Of a stretch of DNA of 64,000 bases, positions 34,962 through 48,834 are shown piece after piece. Origin of the DNA: Vicugna vicugna. Taxonomy: Eukaryota. The position numbers were made by a program, and so were the translations under genes. The notes under the pieces were generated by a model, which saw only the letters and a program-made list of their open reading frames with translations, did not search any database and was not told where the DNA came from. The stretch covers positions 6,607,741-6,671,740 of the forward strand of contig MU058636.1 of assembly GCA_013265495.1 (NCBI GenBank), written 5' to 3'. Every line of letters begins with the position of its first letter. Position 1 is the first letter of the stretch.

Positions 34962-37900
34962 GTAAGGGAAAAGGCGTGCTCGCCATCCGCCTCCCAGCCC
35001 CCATGGCCTCCCTCCCCAGGCGCTGGCTCCCCACCCCTCCACCCCCCGGTCACACGCGCAGCGCGTCCCTGCGAGCACAGATCGTCCGGCGGGTACTGCC
35101 CAGCGGGTGACCTGCCTGCGCGCTGCCGAAGCCACGCCACCTTCCCGCTCTCCTTTGGTCCTCTCCTGCCACCTGAGCGCGGTCCCCAACTTAACACAGC
35201 AATTATCACTTCTCATGACTATGAGGAGTCAGTCATCCCTTGTCGTGCAGGTTTTGGGTCGACTCGAGAGTTTAGTTAGGGGGAGCGGAAGGCCTCCTTT
35301 TCTCTGGGGTTCTTTCTCCCACACTCTTAATTGTCCGTGGTGTCGCTCTCCGAGGATGAAGCCTTTCCCCTGGAGCCTAAATTCCCCCGTGCTGCTGAAA
35401 TGCGAGAGGCGTATTAGCTCCAACTTGAGCAGCTGGGTGTGATGTTTTCCAGTGAGGAGGAAAATGATGCAGTTTTGTATCTGCCTTTAAATATATTCAG
35501 AGGCTGTGTCAGTGTTGTGGTTGTTATTCACCTCCCCCCCGCCCGCCCGCCCGCAATCTCTTTTGAGGTACCCTTCCTTTCTTTGTAATATTGCCCTGAA
35601 TACGCTGACCTCTTAGTCTTTTTTGTTTGTTTCTGTGCACAGAAGATGTTAAAATGTGAGGGCACCAAATCATACAGGTTGGTTTCTGTGGTTGCCTTCA
35701 GAGAGCATGGCATGTGGATAAAGACTAGAGGAAAGGTGTTAGATTCAGCCCTAGGTTTTGATTTCTTTCGTGATAAGAAAGAGTTACTGCAGAACTGTGT
35801 ATGACTTAATGTTTTGCGTTATCTATCTACGGAGAGGCTAAGAAACGTTCAAGATGTCAGGGGAAGACACGGGGAAGAAATAAGGAGAAGAGAATCATAA
35901 ATTTAGGATAATAAGACTAGTTCATTTAAGACTAGTTCATTTTTTAATGCTTTGTAGATGCAGTTTTTGCTGCAGCAAAGCTTTTTAAACAGTTTCTTCT
36001 GCAATATCTAGTCTTTGACCCACTGTAAGGTTGGGTTTTGGAAGGCAAGGCTTAAATCAGGAGCAATCAGTTGACTATTGTATTTGGTGTGGAATCACAG
36101 GAATATAAAAATGTGTTTGCAAGGAGATTTTATAACACCCATGCAGTCAGATTTTTTGCCTAAGCAGTTATTTTTGTTTGATCTATTGGAAACCTGAAAG
36201 AAAGCTGCAGCTACAGCAGTAGTGCCCCGAGATATGGATTAAATAATGTCTATGGTTTATGTACCTCTTTAATTCACGGAAAAGTTAAAGCTGTTGTTTT
36301 TTGTTTTTTTGGGGGGTGGTTTTTTGGCTAGGATATCACGTGAAAAGATAGGAGCATATCTGTCTTTGTTATATTTATTACTGTTTAAATACAAAACACC
36401 TCTTTCTAATTCTGTGTACCCTTCAAACAAATCACCACAGAAAGTGTAAGTTTGGGGGAGTATCACTGCCTTTGTATAACAAAATTCTTTTCAGAACACT
36501 AATAGAAATGTTGTTTTGACGTTTTAATTTTAACCAGCTACAAATAGGTCAGTACTTGCCTCTTTTTTTTCCTTTTTAGAAGAAAAGAGATGAAATCTCA
36601 AAATATGTTAGTAGGTCAGCAGGTGCTGTATCCGTAGATTTAAAAGAAAACATTTTAAGTGTTTTACAGTTTTCCAGATTTCTAATACCATTTTTACTTT
36701 AGATGATGTGCTATACGATTATTTTAAGAAGTATTTTTATGCTTACTTAATACATCTTAACGTGATAAGAGGCAGTAGAGGCTCTCACAAGCTGGAAACT
36801 GATTTGAATGTGTAACCAGTTTGGACTCTGCAGCAGAAGCAATGTATGCTGGATCAGTTCTTAACAGATGGAGTTCTATAGATACACAGTAGGTTAAGAA
36901 AGGAAATGAAATATTTCTTTTGAGGTAAAAAAGAAATTTAACTCTCTTCAGTGCAGTGAAAATCTGTCATGAAGTCTCAGTATGCAAATGCTGTTTTGAA
37001 GGTTAACTTTACTGCTAAGTTTAATTAGAGTAATTAGAAATAAAATAATACTGATATGGTATATCTCCAGATCCACTTAAGACTTTGTAACTGCATTGAT
37101 TTTGGAATTAAAAAAGTTAGGTTTAAAATTTCTTTGTAGGTAGTAAAGCACGCAGTTGATCTTTACATGGAAACTTGGGGGAAAGAGTAAATGACAAAAG
37201 GAGCTGTTTACTATTAAATTGTTAATTGTATTGATTGTGGAATACACGTTAGTCATTTGCAGTGTAATATTTCTTGAATTTTGGGTTTAGTGCTTTATCT
37301 TTCCAGTATGCTCATGATGAAAATGTCCTGTGAAAATTTAAGCTGATTCTGAAAATATCTGGCAATCACTGGCATTTAAAAAATAATTATCAAAACTTGA
37401 TCCTATTTACTTGATGAGTAAGTCAGTAAAATCCATTTAGGGCACTCAGTGACTTGCTAAAGGTTGGAAACTTCTACTGTTATCTCTAAAATGAGTTTTT
37501 TTTTCAGGTTTCGATCTTAATTTTCTATGACAGAAAAGAAAGGAGAGAAACTAATGAAACTTGAAAACAAAACAGTTTCTATCTTAGCAAAACCCTGTCT
37601 CAGTCACCTTTGTCAAAATATTTTCCTTTCTTTTTTTTCCTGTACATTCTTTTTCTTTATATAATATGAGAATACTAATACTTGGTTTTATTTTTCTCAC
37701 ATGCCTTGCTCGAAGAATTAAAAGTTCTGCAAAGTAAAGCATAAGTATACATTAAAATATAGAACTTCTTTAACACACCCATGTTTGTAATTTTTGTGCC
37801 TTTTTTTTTTTCTTTTTTGCCAAAAGTAGAGATTGATTTCACTATTAGGTGGATTGTGGGAGTTTGCTGAAGAATCACCGATGGAATGAGAAATAAAATG

Positions 37901-39299
37901 AGTAATTTCTATACAGATGAATGTATTTGTACAATGATATTATAGTTGATTTAAAAGCATTCAAATATGAAATAGATAGGATCAGGAAGATGAGTAAGTT
38001 AGTTTGTACATAGGTTATAATGAGAGTGTATCATCACGAATTTTGCATTGTAGCTTTACCAATGAGCAGAAGCTGATCATCAACAAACTCTGGCTTTGGG
38101 AGGAATTATTTAATATGGCAGCGTAAGAACATTTCACTATAGAACAAGAATTTTGTTGGTCGTTTCAGTTATAAAACAGGCATGCTACTTAATCCAATGC
38201 TTCCTTTGTAAACACACTTAACGTATATTTATGTAAGATTTTTCCTTCCTTGAAGTAAATTCTATTTATATATCATGTGTTCTTTCTTTGTAACATGAAA
38301 TTTCTTATTTGTCACAGGTTTTAATATAAACAAATTTTTAGAAAAGATAAAGGATTAATATTTACTTAATCAAAGAATTCACAGGGTTTTTTTTTAATAG
38401 CTGTCTTAGTATAATTCTATAGCATTTAATTTTAAGTTTTTCTTTTCACAAATCACTGTGCAATATATTAGTATATCTTTAGTTGTAGAAAATATTTCCT
38501 CTGATAATTTTACTTTTTTACAATCTAAATGGCATCCTGTATATCGTATTAAAAGCATAACAAAATACTTGGAGGGGATTTTGTGGGCTAAGTTCCTCTC
38601 TTGACATACAGATCATGGTATTATTACTGTTAAAAGGAAATTTTAAACTTATTCTTTTGTACTTAAATGTGATAGTAAGTTTTCTTCCTTAGAGTTTTTT
38701 CATTTGCAGCTTGATAGAATAATTTATATTTTAAAGATTTTTATAATTTTATAAACAAAAGATGTATTCTACTTTTGAACTAAATTTATTTAAAAAATAT
38801 GTATTTGCATTTTAGAATCATGGAAGTACTTACTATTAATGAAACCACGTTTATTTATATTAAAAGAGAATTTTCTACGTTTTAGTTTAGGTTGATATGT
38901 AAATCTTTTCATATTGACTTGAATTATGTGTTATTCTTGTTGTCAGGTATTGAAAATTAAATTAGGAATGCATATATAAATACTGGAGGTTTCAATATCT
39001 TACAGAGTCCATGGTTTTCCTCCAAAGTATTAATTTAGACCTATAATGATGTTAAGCAACAAATATTCTATAGCCAGTCTGTAATCAAGTTATATTAATT
39101 TTAAATAAGTGTTTTGTATATTGCTAGTCAGTGTTTGGCAGATACTGTGTGGTTAATGAAATGCATCTCGAGGTTCCCTCTTTCGCTATACATTATTATT
39201 GACATTATTTTTAACAAAAAATATATATACTACATTGAATAGAAATAAAAAAAATGTTGTTAGCATTTGTTATATTACCAGGAATAGTGGACTTTTCTT

Positions 39300-39790
39300 G
39301 TTTTTGTCTGTCTTGCATACATTTCCCCTTTTTGGTAGAGTACCTCTGTTTTTGTCTAATGAACCACTCGTCCTCCATTCTTAGTTCAGCTGGTGTAGGT
39401 GGTTTCAGGTGGGCTGGTGTATAGCTGAGACAAATCCAGAATCCCCGTGATTGGTTCAGGGATGAACATTTAACGTGAGAGCCACAGGGTCAGTCATAGG
39501 ACTTGAGCTGGAACTCCTCCTGTTGGGGATGCTGAACTGGTAGACTCACCCTATAGCTATGTGGGTGCCTGTATGAGAATTTGGCCAAGTGTGAAGCCGA
39601 GAGAGAGAAATATATTCTAGATTCTGCTGAGCATCTGGAGTTCTCTGTGTCTGAGGCAATTATCTTCTAATCATTTAATTCTCCATTTTAAAGGTTGTTG
39701 TTATTATTATTATTATTATTATTAGCTTCAAGGCAGTTTAAATTGGATTTTTGTCACTTGTAAATGGAAAGAATCCTTGCTGTCATAGAC
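39300..39790 (+). mobile_element. Old ERVL-class LTR (LTR16/LTR33-like)
   Basis: gtgattggttcagggatgaaca, and a 3' end aggcagtttaaattggatttttgtcacttgtaa...agaatcct. Confidence 0.5.
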
Positions 39791-40805
39791 GTTAGTAACT
39801 GAAAGTGGGACATTGTAGAAACAGACGTTGAATGTTGTAATGGAGTGCCAGGCAGTGAGGACTTCGCTTTCCCCTAGCAGTTTCTTTTTAGGAATTACAG
39901 AGCAGCTGTTTCAGTTGTCACCTGTGTCATCTTTGCCCATGGAGCAGCTGAGGCTGGAACTTAAGGGGTGCTCTAGTATCTCAGACACTTCTTGGGGCCT
40001 TTGATAATGTCTTACAAGAAAGGAATTTGTTTTGTCCAAGCTGGCATACTTGAAAGCAGAGGGAAGAAAATACTGTCTTTTCTAGTAAGAGAGGCTGTTT
40101 TCTGCTTGTAGCTACCATCCAAGATGCAGAGAATTAGAAAATCAAGAACCTGGAAGGTTGGAAGTCCAATTTTTCTCCACACCATGGTAAAAGGAAAGAT
40201 ATAAGTTTAAATTAGAATCAGATAAACTTCTCTTTTATAAACTTTTCTCGAACACCTCATGCATTATACTCCCAGCTTCCTAGCTAAGGAACTTATTACT
40301 AAAGAGCTTTAAAAGAGGATGCAACCAAGGAACAAATGGTAGAGTAGCTGTGCCTCCTCATCTAGCTTATTGTCCCACATTGCTTCAGGGCAAGTCATTA
40401 TGCAGACGCTTAGAGGGTGAGGACTGTGAGGGCCTATTGCTATGAGACTGAATGCTGCTGTGAAACTGAAAAGGTGGATTGGTATACTGTATCTTGACAA
40501 GATCTCTGGTTTTGGCTGCTGGTTCAACCAGTTGACTGAAGTAAATTGACCCAAAGTATACTGAGCTTTTAGAGAAACTCTTTCCAGGTAACCTCAAGCC
40601 TGGTAAATGAAGACCTGTGTTCTTTTTCCTCTAAGGCAGTTCTCAGCTTCAGTAAGAGAAAGTGGGCTGCTAAACCAATGTAGCTGCTAGAAGGAAAATT
40701 TGAGGCTGTGGAGAATAACAGACAAGTAAGGCCTCCTGAGATGGTGGTAATAAGTGCATCCAAATTGGTTGATCAAGAAACTCTGTTGCCACAACAGGGA
40801 ATTCT

Positions 40806-40931
40806 ATTTTTTTTTTACATTTTTTATTGATTCATAATCATTTTACAGTGTTGTGTCAAATTCCAGTGTTCAGCACAATTTTTCAGTCATTCATGGACAT
40901 ATACACACTCATTGTCACATTTTTTTTTTCT
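40806..40931 (-). mobile_element. Young, heavily 5'-truncated L1 with 16-bp TSD
   Basis: Perfect direct repeat CACAACAGGGAATTCT at 40790-40805 and 40932-40947, with poly-T (antisense poly-A) at the left end. Confidence 0.9.
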
Positions 40932-41007
40932 CACAACAGGGAATTCTTATTACTGTGACCAGTAGTATATGGTCTATACTTTGAATTAGTGACCATGGTT
41001 TGTTTAC

Positions 41008-41411
41008 TGCTGGTTTGCAAATTCCCCTCTCCCCTACCATGTACAGAGAGCAAGGGGTGACAGAAGAAAAGAGGCAGACCACTCCAGATTGGTAGGTGGC
41101 AGGTTTAATAAGCAAGGGAACTTACCTGTGAGGCTTGTCTTGGGTGGCTGCAAGATGAGTGAATCTTGCACACCTGCCTGCCAGAGTTTTAAAAGTTTGT
41201 AAAGAGGCCTTAACTGAGTTCAGTCATGTATACTGTCCAGGTTTCAACAACACCTTACTCTTTCAGGGCTATGTCCTTGGAACCACTCCCGCCTGGAACA
41301 GTAGGTAGAGTGTACATTTTAAGGAAAGGGGAGGGAGTGAGGAGCCTCTGGTTGCCCCGTCCAGCTCGTGAGTCAGCTGATGGTCATGTCCTCTTGATTA
41401 TCTCCTCCACA
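41008..41411 (-). mobile_element. Solo ERV LTR, 404 bp
   Basis: TG...CA termini flanked by the exact 5-bp TSD TTTAC (41003-41007, 41412-41416). An ATTAAA poly(A)-like signal lies on the minus strand near 41105. Confidence 0.8.
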
Positions 41412-41804
41412 TTTACTTTCTCCACTCTTCTAAGTGGAGATTATTATTATTTATGTTTTTCTTTTACCATTGTATATTGATTATAGGGGAGATAGTTAAG
41501 TTATTACATAGATATATATTGTCAGACCATGAGGTATCACCATATGCGTGTTTGGACCTGACCAAGAATAATATTCATAGCACAAAGATTTCTGATTTGT
41601 AGTTGAATCCAGTAACTTGACATTATCTTTGTTTTGCTCTGTGCCTCCCCTGCCCACTGTGAGGTGATGAGTGCATTTTCTGTTGTAGTTAAGACAGTAA
41701 CATTGTTAAATATGGATATTTAAGAAGATATATATATATAATTATAGATATGTATAAATAAAAAGACGTGAGTGTGTAAGGTGAATGGGCAGCCAAGGGC
41801 AGGT

Positions 41805-42327
41805 ATGTTAGAGATTTCTGTTAGCTATGTTAACATCCATTTTTTTCTGTTGCTAATAGTTCTAAAGTTTTTGATACTCCACTGGGGAGTCATCCCTTCT
41901 TGATTCTTGGCTTACATGTTTTGAGGTTTCCCTCTCTGCTTTCCTGGACCAGAAACAGAAACTGTACCTGGCCCATCATAAACAGATATTGGTTAAAAAT
42001 ATACCTGCTTATCTGAGACAGCTTGCTAACTTCTTCCATTCTGCTGGAGAAAGAAAAAATGCTCATCACTGGAGTTGCTAAGATGTTAGAATGTAAAACT
42101 AGATTTGACTGGCACTCTGCCACCTTGAAGGCAGAGTATGCTTGTGAATGGAAAACTATGACAGAGGCATCGACAACCAAGAGATTAGTGACGGCATCTC
42201 TTGAGCCTTTGAAGTCAGTTATATTGCCAGGCTTTGCAGTGCATTAAGCTAATACATTTCTTGTTTTGCTGAAACTAGTTTGAGTCAGGCTTCTATCTGT
42301 TGTACCTCAGTGATTCCTGCCTAATCA
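41805..42327 (+). mobile_element. Old ERVL-class LTR (LTR16-like)
   Basis: tgttagaga...catccattt start, and a 3' end tagtttgagtcaggcttct...ttcctgcctaat. Confidence 0.5.
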
Positions 42328-45300
42328 GAATTAAATTTTTTTAAAACTTAGGTATTAAATATCATAGGACAGATCATAAGAAACATTAACTTGCCAAAGG
42401 ACTTGATGCATTTCAAGAAAGAAGAAATAGATATTGCTAATTATTACAAAAATTCATCTTCAGTAAATTAGGACATAAGATAATAGTGAGATACCATGAA
42501 AAAGAAATGATTAAAAAGAAAATTACCAGTATTTCCTCAGCATGCTAAAGTAATCTTAAATAATGTTGTTGGGCATGTAAAATGTTAACAGCTGTTCTGA
42601 ATGACATTGTAACAATATACATCAAGAAATTTAAAGAGGCTCTTGTCGTTAATCCTTAGTTCTTTAGGCTAAGGAAAAATTATCTGTGGATAAGTATAAG
42701 GGTTGAATGTAGTTTAATGATATAAAAAATGGGCAGTAACCTAAATGTTCAACAATAGGAAAAAGTTAAATTATTTTACATCTATGTTATGGAATATTAT
42801 ACAGCCATTAAAACTTTGTGTGCTTCAGTTTCCTTATGTGTAGAAGGGGTTACCTCATAAGGTTGTACAGGTTAAATGAGTTAACATATGTAAAGTGCTT
42901 GGTACAAAGCTAACTTTGTTTAGTACTTACTATTGTTATCTTTATCTTTATCTTGAACCTGATGATCACCTGGTCCTAGAAAAAAGATAATGATCTAACT
43001 AAAACCAAGTTGTTGGTATTTTAGCTTAGAGTACCTGAGCTGGTGAGGCTGTTAGAGTAGGGATTCTTCTCCTGATGAAACGTCGGGGTCTGTTCTCCTG
43101 ACTCCTGCTTAGTCTGTAACAGTGCCTGGGGTGGTTTCTCCTGGTGGAAAACTGGGGAGGGCATGAGGTGACACAAGTTCCTTTGCCTGGAACCCATTCC
43201 ATCTCTGCCTTCCTTCACATGGCAGAGTTTCACATATAGATGTACCAGGACATGAAGGGTGATCCTGGGTAAATGATCCTTCCCCTGGAAGTATTAGCTT
43301 AAGTATTTAGAAGATTACTTGAGTAACCAAACCTAAGGGGCAAGTTAGAAGACTGAAAACTATTTTGTGATCAGTTGTTTTAGAAAATAATATTATCGTA
43401 TATTTTAATAACTCTTAATTGTTATACAGTATACTTGTGAAATTGTGCTGCCTTAACTAATCCTCAGAATCCTCTGTTTTCAGATGCCATTCCTTCTTTA
43501 CAGATGTGGAAACTGGGAGTGCAGGAAATGTGAAGTAGTTAGACAAGTTTAGCCAGTTATTAAGTAGCAGAGCTGGGACTCAGGCCTTCAGATGCAAAGG
43601 CTAGAGTCTTTTCCATTATTAAACAAAATGTAGCTACCTGGAAATTATCCCAAAGGCTAGCATTATTTGAAGAGATGATACCAGAAGGGGAGGGACCAGC
43701 CAGCCTCAGTGAGTTGATTTTGTGCTAGAGAATGCTGCCCATAGAGAATTCAGGACATACTGTGCACAGGAAATAAAAATGAATGTAGGACAATTTGATG
43801 GATTTGTACACAAAATGATTTAACCACCTATGTCATGAAATTAATTTTTGAGTTTCGGGGAATTGATTATACAGTCTTAATAAATGATAACTAGCCTTGA
43901 GTTGTGTAACTTCTCACTAGGCAAAAGGTGGATATTTTAGATACTATTCTGAGCAAGAAAATAATAGTGTGCATAAATATATTTATTTTATATAGAAAGA
44001 ATAGATTTGTTTTATTTTCGTGTTAGTCAAATGAACCACCACATATACCATGTTTGCTTGGGTGAAACAAATGAGTTATAGAAGGAATTTAGTATACTAG
44101 CATCTAGGTGATACAATTTCCAATAATTGTGATTCCCTTTCCAGTTCACTAAAGTAGAGCAAATATTGATTATTATGAAATTTTATGGAAGTGTCATGTC
44201 TAGATATATTTCTCTTTAACAACTACTTTCATTTTCTGAGTGAAATAACTTGCAGCTGATTTAAAGATGGTATGTAAGTATTTCCAGTGTTATTTAAAAA
44301 TTTTTCACATGTGAGGAGGGAGTTGGCATTTATAGAATTGGGTTTGATTTCATAGCTTATGTTTTTAATATTCTCTACCAACCCTTTTGAAATAAATGTG
44401 GGTTTACTTTAATATAATAAGTAAACTGTGACTGAAATTAAAGGGCTTGTCCACGGTTGTAAGGCAGTTTAGTTGCAGAAATTAGATTCAAAGCTAGATT
44501 CTATTTCTAGGTTTGTTGCTCTTTAATCGTGATGATGACAGTGATAGCAGCTTACACTTATTGAATCTTTACATGCTAAACACTACGTTAAGCATATAAT
44601 ATGCATTATCTTATTTTATCATCTTTACCTGGAATGTAAAATCTTCAATGAAATAAAAATAGTCATTGTCTTTCTAAGTTAAACTAAGTCTGGTATTTTA
44701 AGAGGAGAAGTGCTTTCAGCTCTAATTATATAAACAATATTTTATTATAAAATGTCATAGAGTTATTTTACTTGATTTGTACTAATTTTCTATAACTTGA
44801 TTACCCTTTAAAAGTCCTTGAATTTAAATGAAGTATTTAAATTATTTTTAAAGCTTATGAGATATGAGTCATCAGTGGAAGAATGTTTCTTTTATTATAC
44901 TGTCTTTACTGTTACTTGCTAAATAATGATTGCATTTCTCAAAGTCATCATGTTCTTTCATTTTTTAAAAGACCTCCAGCTCATGTTTCAAAGGATTAGC
45001 TCTTGTCTCCCACTTAAGTGATGCCTTTGCTGATCTCCTCCTAAAAGCTCTTCCTCCTATCCTGTGCTCTCCCATAACACTTTGTACATATCTCAAATTT
45101 AGCAATTGCCCATTCTATTTTAATTGTTTGTTTACTTGTCAGACTACCCTAGAGTCTCCAGTCCCTTGAGATCAGAAGGTTGTCTTATTCACCTTGATAA
45201 TACTGAGTACTTAACATAGAATCTAGAATTTTGTGCTGCTTAGTGAACTTTTCTTTTTAATAAGCATTTTTTTTTCACATTTGATATAGTTTGCTTATTT

Positions 45301-46517
45301 TTGTTACTTCTGGTTTGGGTACAAATCTTGTCTTCCCAGGCTGTTCTGTCTGGCTCTTTTAATTTCTGTGTTTGCTTTAACATTTTAGTTTTTATCTTAT
45401 TTTTGGGAGAGGGGGAAGGATAGAGATATTTAGGTGAAAATATATATATACTATATGTTTAAAAGAAAATTTTCTGGCTATTTGAAATGCGTAAGGAGTC
45501 ATAAGGTCTTCAGATCTGTTGAATAGCCTGACTCTATCACTTGACTCTATAACCGGTTGGGTTAAGATCCTACAGTCCTTCACAGACTTCGATTTATCAC
45601 CTAGATTCCCAAGTCCAGTGCTTTTTTCATTTTATCTTGGTGCCTGTAGTTCTACTTTACCTCAACCCATTTGGGGTTATAACTTTCATGAAGAAGCATA
45701 CTTTTTTTTTTTTTAACTCAGGTACTCTCAGAACACTCAAAGTGATGATTAAATAAATTACTTAGTAATCCTAACCTAGTGTTTTATTGCCAGAGTCAGG
45801 ATACTCACTGGGAATATTTAAAGGAATTACATAGTCCCTACCTTCAATAACTGGAAGTTCAATATCGGAAAAAGAAAAGACAGACAAATTACAGTGGTAA
45901 AGTAATATTACAAAGATTTAAACAAAATGCTACGGAAATATTAATGGTTCCACTACCTTTGCCTGGAGGAGTCTGGGAAGGTATCGTTGGTTAGCTGATT
46001 TTGGATTAGATCTTGAAGGACAGCTAACTTTCCCAGGATAAAAAGGACAGGCATGGAAAAGCTTTCTACACAGAGGAGATAGCTTGTCCAAGGACACAGA
46101 TCATGAGGAAGTCTTTCCATTGTTATGTCCCCTACAGTGTCAAGTATAAACTACAGTTAAATCAGCTTTATTTCTTCTTGTGGAAAATTTCCCCCACCTC
46201 CCTTTTTAATTCTATGAGTGTTCATTGACTTAATTTTTTTTTAATCCTTTCAGGCTTGCTCAGGGTAAAATTTATTAGGGTCCAATTCAGTGAGTTATTT
46301 CAGGAGCTCTATTTGTGTAGGCATTTGTGGTTCATGAATAAGAGAAGAGGTGGAGGAAGAGATGAAAAGAACTGAGGGTGTTGAAAATTATTTTTAATTT
46401 TGTCAGTCTTAGAAAATCAGAATTCTTAGAAGTGTAACATTTTATTAGAGTTAATGGTTATCTGAAATCTAGAAGAAAATTCATGGATCTGATACAGTTC
46501 TGTATTACTATCACCAA

Positions 46518-47018
46518 TGTCAACTGAAATAAAACCACACAATGTGACAGTTGTGGGTTAAGTGTTATTTGGGGCAAAATGAGGACCATGGCCTGGGAGA
46601 CAGCAACCCAGAAAGCTCTGAGAAACTGTTCCAAGAAGCAGTGGGAAAACTCAGTATTATATATGATTTCAGTGAAGAGGGGTACATGCAGTCAGGTGCA
46701 CATTGAGGCAGAGGCTGCTGCTAGTCATGAGGAGCAGATGTCACCGTTAATGATTTTAGTGCCTTTCTAGATATGAGGAGACGCAAGAATTGGGGTCATA
46801 AAATCTCCTGAAAATATCTATATGAAGGCCTGATCAGCCAGTTTTCCCAGAGCACAGAGTGCCTTATTCCTGATTTCCATCCTGCACTCCTTTCAGGCTG
46901 TGTTGGAGGTCAGTGGCTGCAGCGGCTCTTGATTTAATCCAGGCAGAGTTAGATGACAAGTACCAACATGATCCAATACTTGTAGAGGCAGATGACAAGT
47001 ATCAGTTTTCAGTTAGCA
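46518..47018 (-). mobile_element. Solo ERV1 LTR (cetartiodactyl MER41-like/BTLTR1-like)
   Basis: TGTCAACTGAAA...TTTCAGTTAGCA inverted termini, with 4-bp flanks CCAA/CCAT. Confidence 0.75.
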
Positions 47019-47379
47019 CCATGAATAAGCTTTCTTCCCTTAACTGGTCTAGTATTAGTACTGTTTTGTTAAACTCCTTCCCCTGTAAGGATATCCTGTT
47101 TCCTCTCACCCCCTAAAGGACATTTCCTTTCTGCAAATCAAATTATAATTTTTCACTTACCAACATTCCAAAACTGAAAGAAGGTTCCAGAAAAAAAAAG
47201 TCAGGTAGTAGATCAAATAATATAATAATGCAGCAAGTATTTATAAAGTAGTTTATTTACTTTTCATGATTTTTAAGAGTTGAGATTTAATGATTCATCT
47301 TCACCAAAGTGTGACTTTTTACATTGTAAGTTTCTTTGGAGTATCTGTTCCTATGAATAAAATATGCTAAGGCTTGAAT

Positions 47380-47400
47380 TGTGTGTGTGTGTGTGTGTGT
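47380..47400. repeat. (TG)n microsatellite
   Basis: About 10 TG units read directly. Confidence 0.95.
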
Positions 47401-48834
47401 TTTCTGGGTGTTAATATGTTCACATTGCTATTATTGTTGAAGTCATCCACCTGGCAGATAGCAGGTCCTAATTGGGTGGGATTATAGATGCAGTCTTTTA
47501 ACCATTGACTATACTAAGTTTAGATTCCAAAGGAAATGTAACTCATTTTTTTGGTTTCATTAGTACCACACAGGGACTGACTACACTAATTGGTCACAGT
47601 TCAAAAAAGTTGCCTGAATGGTCATGGAGTTGTTTTGAGCCATTAACATTTTTTCATCCTGGGCCTTGGAATCAAAAGCACTCATTTTTTAGATGACTGA
47701 CTGTCTTATTTTTGGGATGGATGGATGGAATAGCTGTGAAGCATTTTCCTCTGTGAAAATACTCATTTAGGTACTTTTGTAGGAGGTATGTTGAGCAAAT
47801 AGATTTTAGTCAGATTTGCTGCTTTCTTTCATTAATTATACTGGGCTTTTTTTATTCTAGAAATAATGTTTAACCTGATTAGTGATCTGCACTCTGAAAG
47901 GTAAACTAATGTATTTTAGTTACTGCATGACAAACTGTCATTCAGAATGACAGCTGCACCCAATTACATTGAAAAATTATGCTGCCAAACTCTGAAATAA
48001 ATTGAAGATGACCTGCTTAGAAAATATGGGATATAGACATTTACAAAAGAGATTTCACTTCAGTGAAAGAGTGCTTGGGGTTTTGGATCAATATGATAAT
48101 GCATTCTGTATCTTAGAGCCCTAATTTAATATCTTTGTATGTAAGAAGTATAAAGGCATATTAATAGTGAGGTAGTTTATAAGAATAACATTTAATAATT
48201 GGGTGTTTCACATTTGTGGCACATGTTACTAGTTGCTAAAGAGAGGCTCTATTAATGTAGTTTATTCCTGAGGAAAAACTAGAGAACTTCTAACATTTTG
48301 CTTTATGATAGTTGGGTATTAATGTTTACTATACACTGTTACTGAATTATATCATTTTACAGCTGACTTAATTACCACTTTCTAATTGATTTAATTATTC
48401 AAGATAGATTACTGTATTTAATTTGCTGGTTTTCTAGTTCTTTCGTTCATGGCTATTTCTCCTCCTTCTGCCCCACCACTATTTAAACACTATTCTGTTG
48501 GGTCTGAATACATATACTTATCTTTAGTCTAATGTTATTCCTGATCATATATCCATTTTATTCCACAGATATTTTTTGAATACTTACACCATGTATAATG
48601 CTAAGCACTGAGAATACAATGATCAAGACACAGTCAGTCCCTGCCCAGAAATTTATAGTATTGTAGGGAGTGAAAAATATAGGCAATGAAATGTGTAAAT
48701 TTTATGATGGAAATAAATTAGGAAATAGTGGGCAACACTGAATGGAGAAATGTACCAAGGGAGTCAAGGGAAGGCTTTATAAAGTGGTGTGATGTTTGAG
48801 TTAAGTTTTGAAAGATGGCTAGCTCTGTCTAGAG

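Larger units (their letters stand above)
33900..35420. promoter_or_regulatory. NBEA: CpG island / TATA-less promoter, 5' UTR and start of intron 1 of NBEA
   Basis: Abrupt switch from AT-rich CpG-depleted DNA to very GC- and CpG-rich sequence around exon 1. Boundaries are approximate. Confidence 0.9.

Noticed and set aside
34962..35279. C-terminal part of the 242-aa ORF (VREKACSPS...)
   Set aside because: It lies after the canonical exon-1 donor and is stop-poor only because the CpG island is GC-rich.
33533..35442. Many overlapping ORFs on both strands in the CpG island
   Set aside because: Low-complexity Ala/Gly/Arg/Pro translations are expected from GC-rich DNA, and none resembles a known protein.
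35912..35941. 15-bp tandem duplication TAAGACTAGTTCATT x2
   Set aside because: Ordinary slippage duplication with no functional hint.
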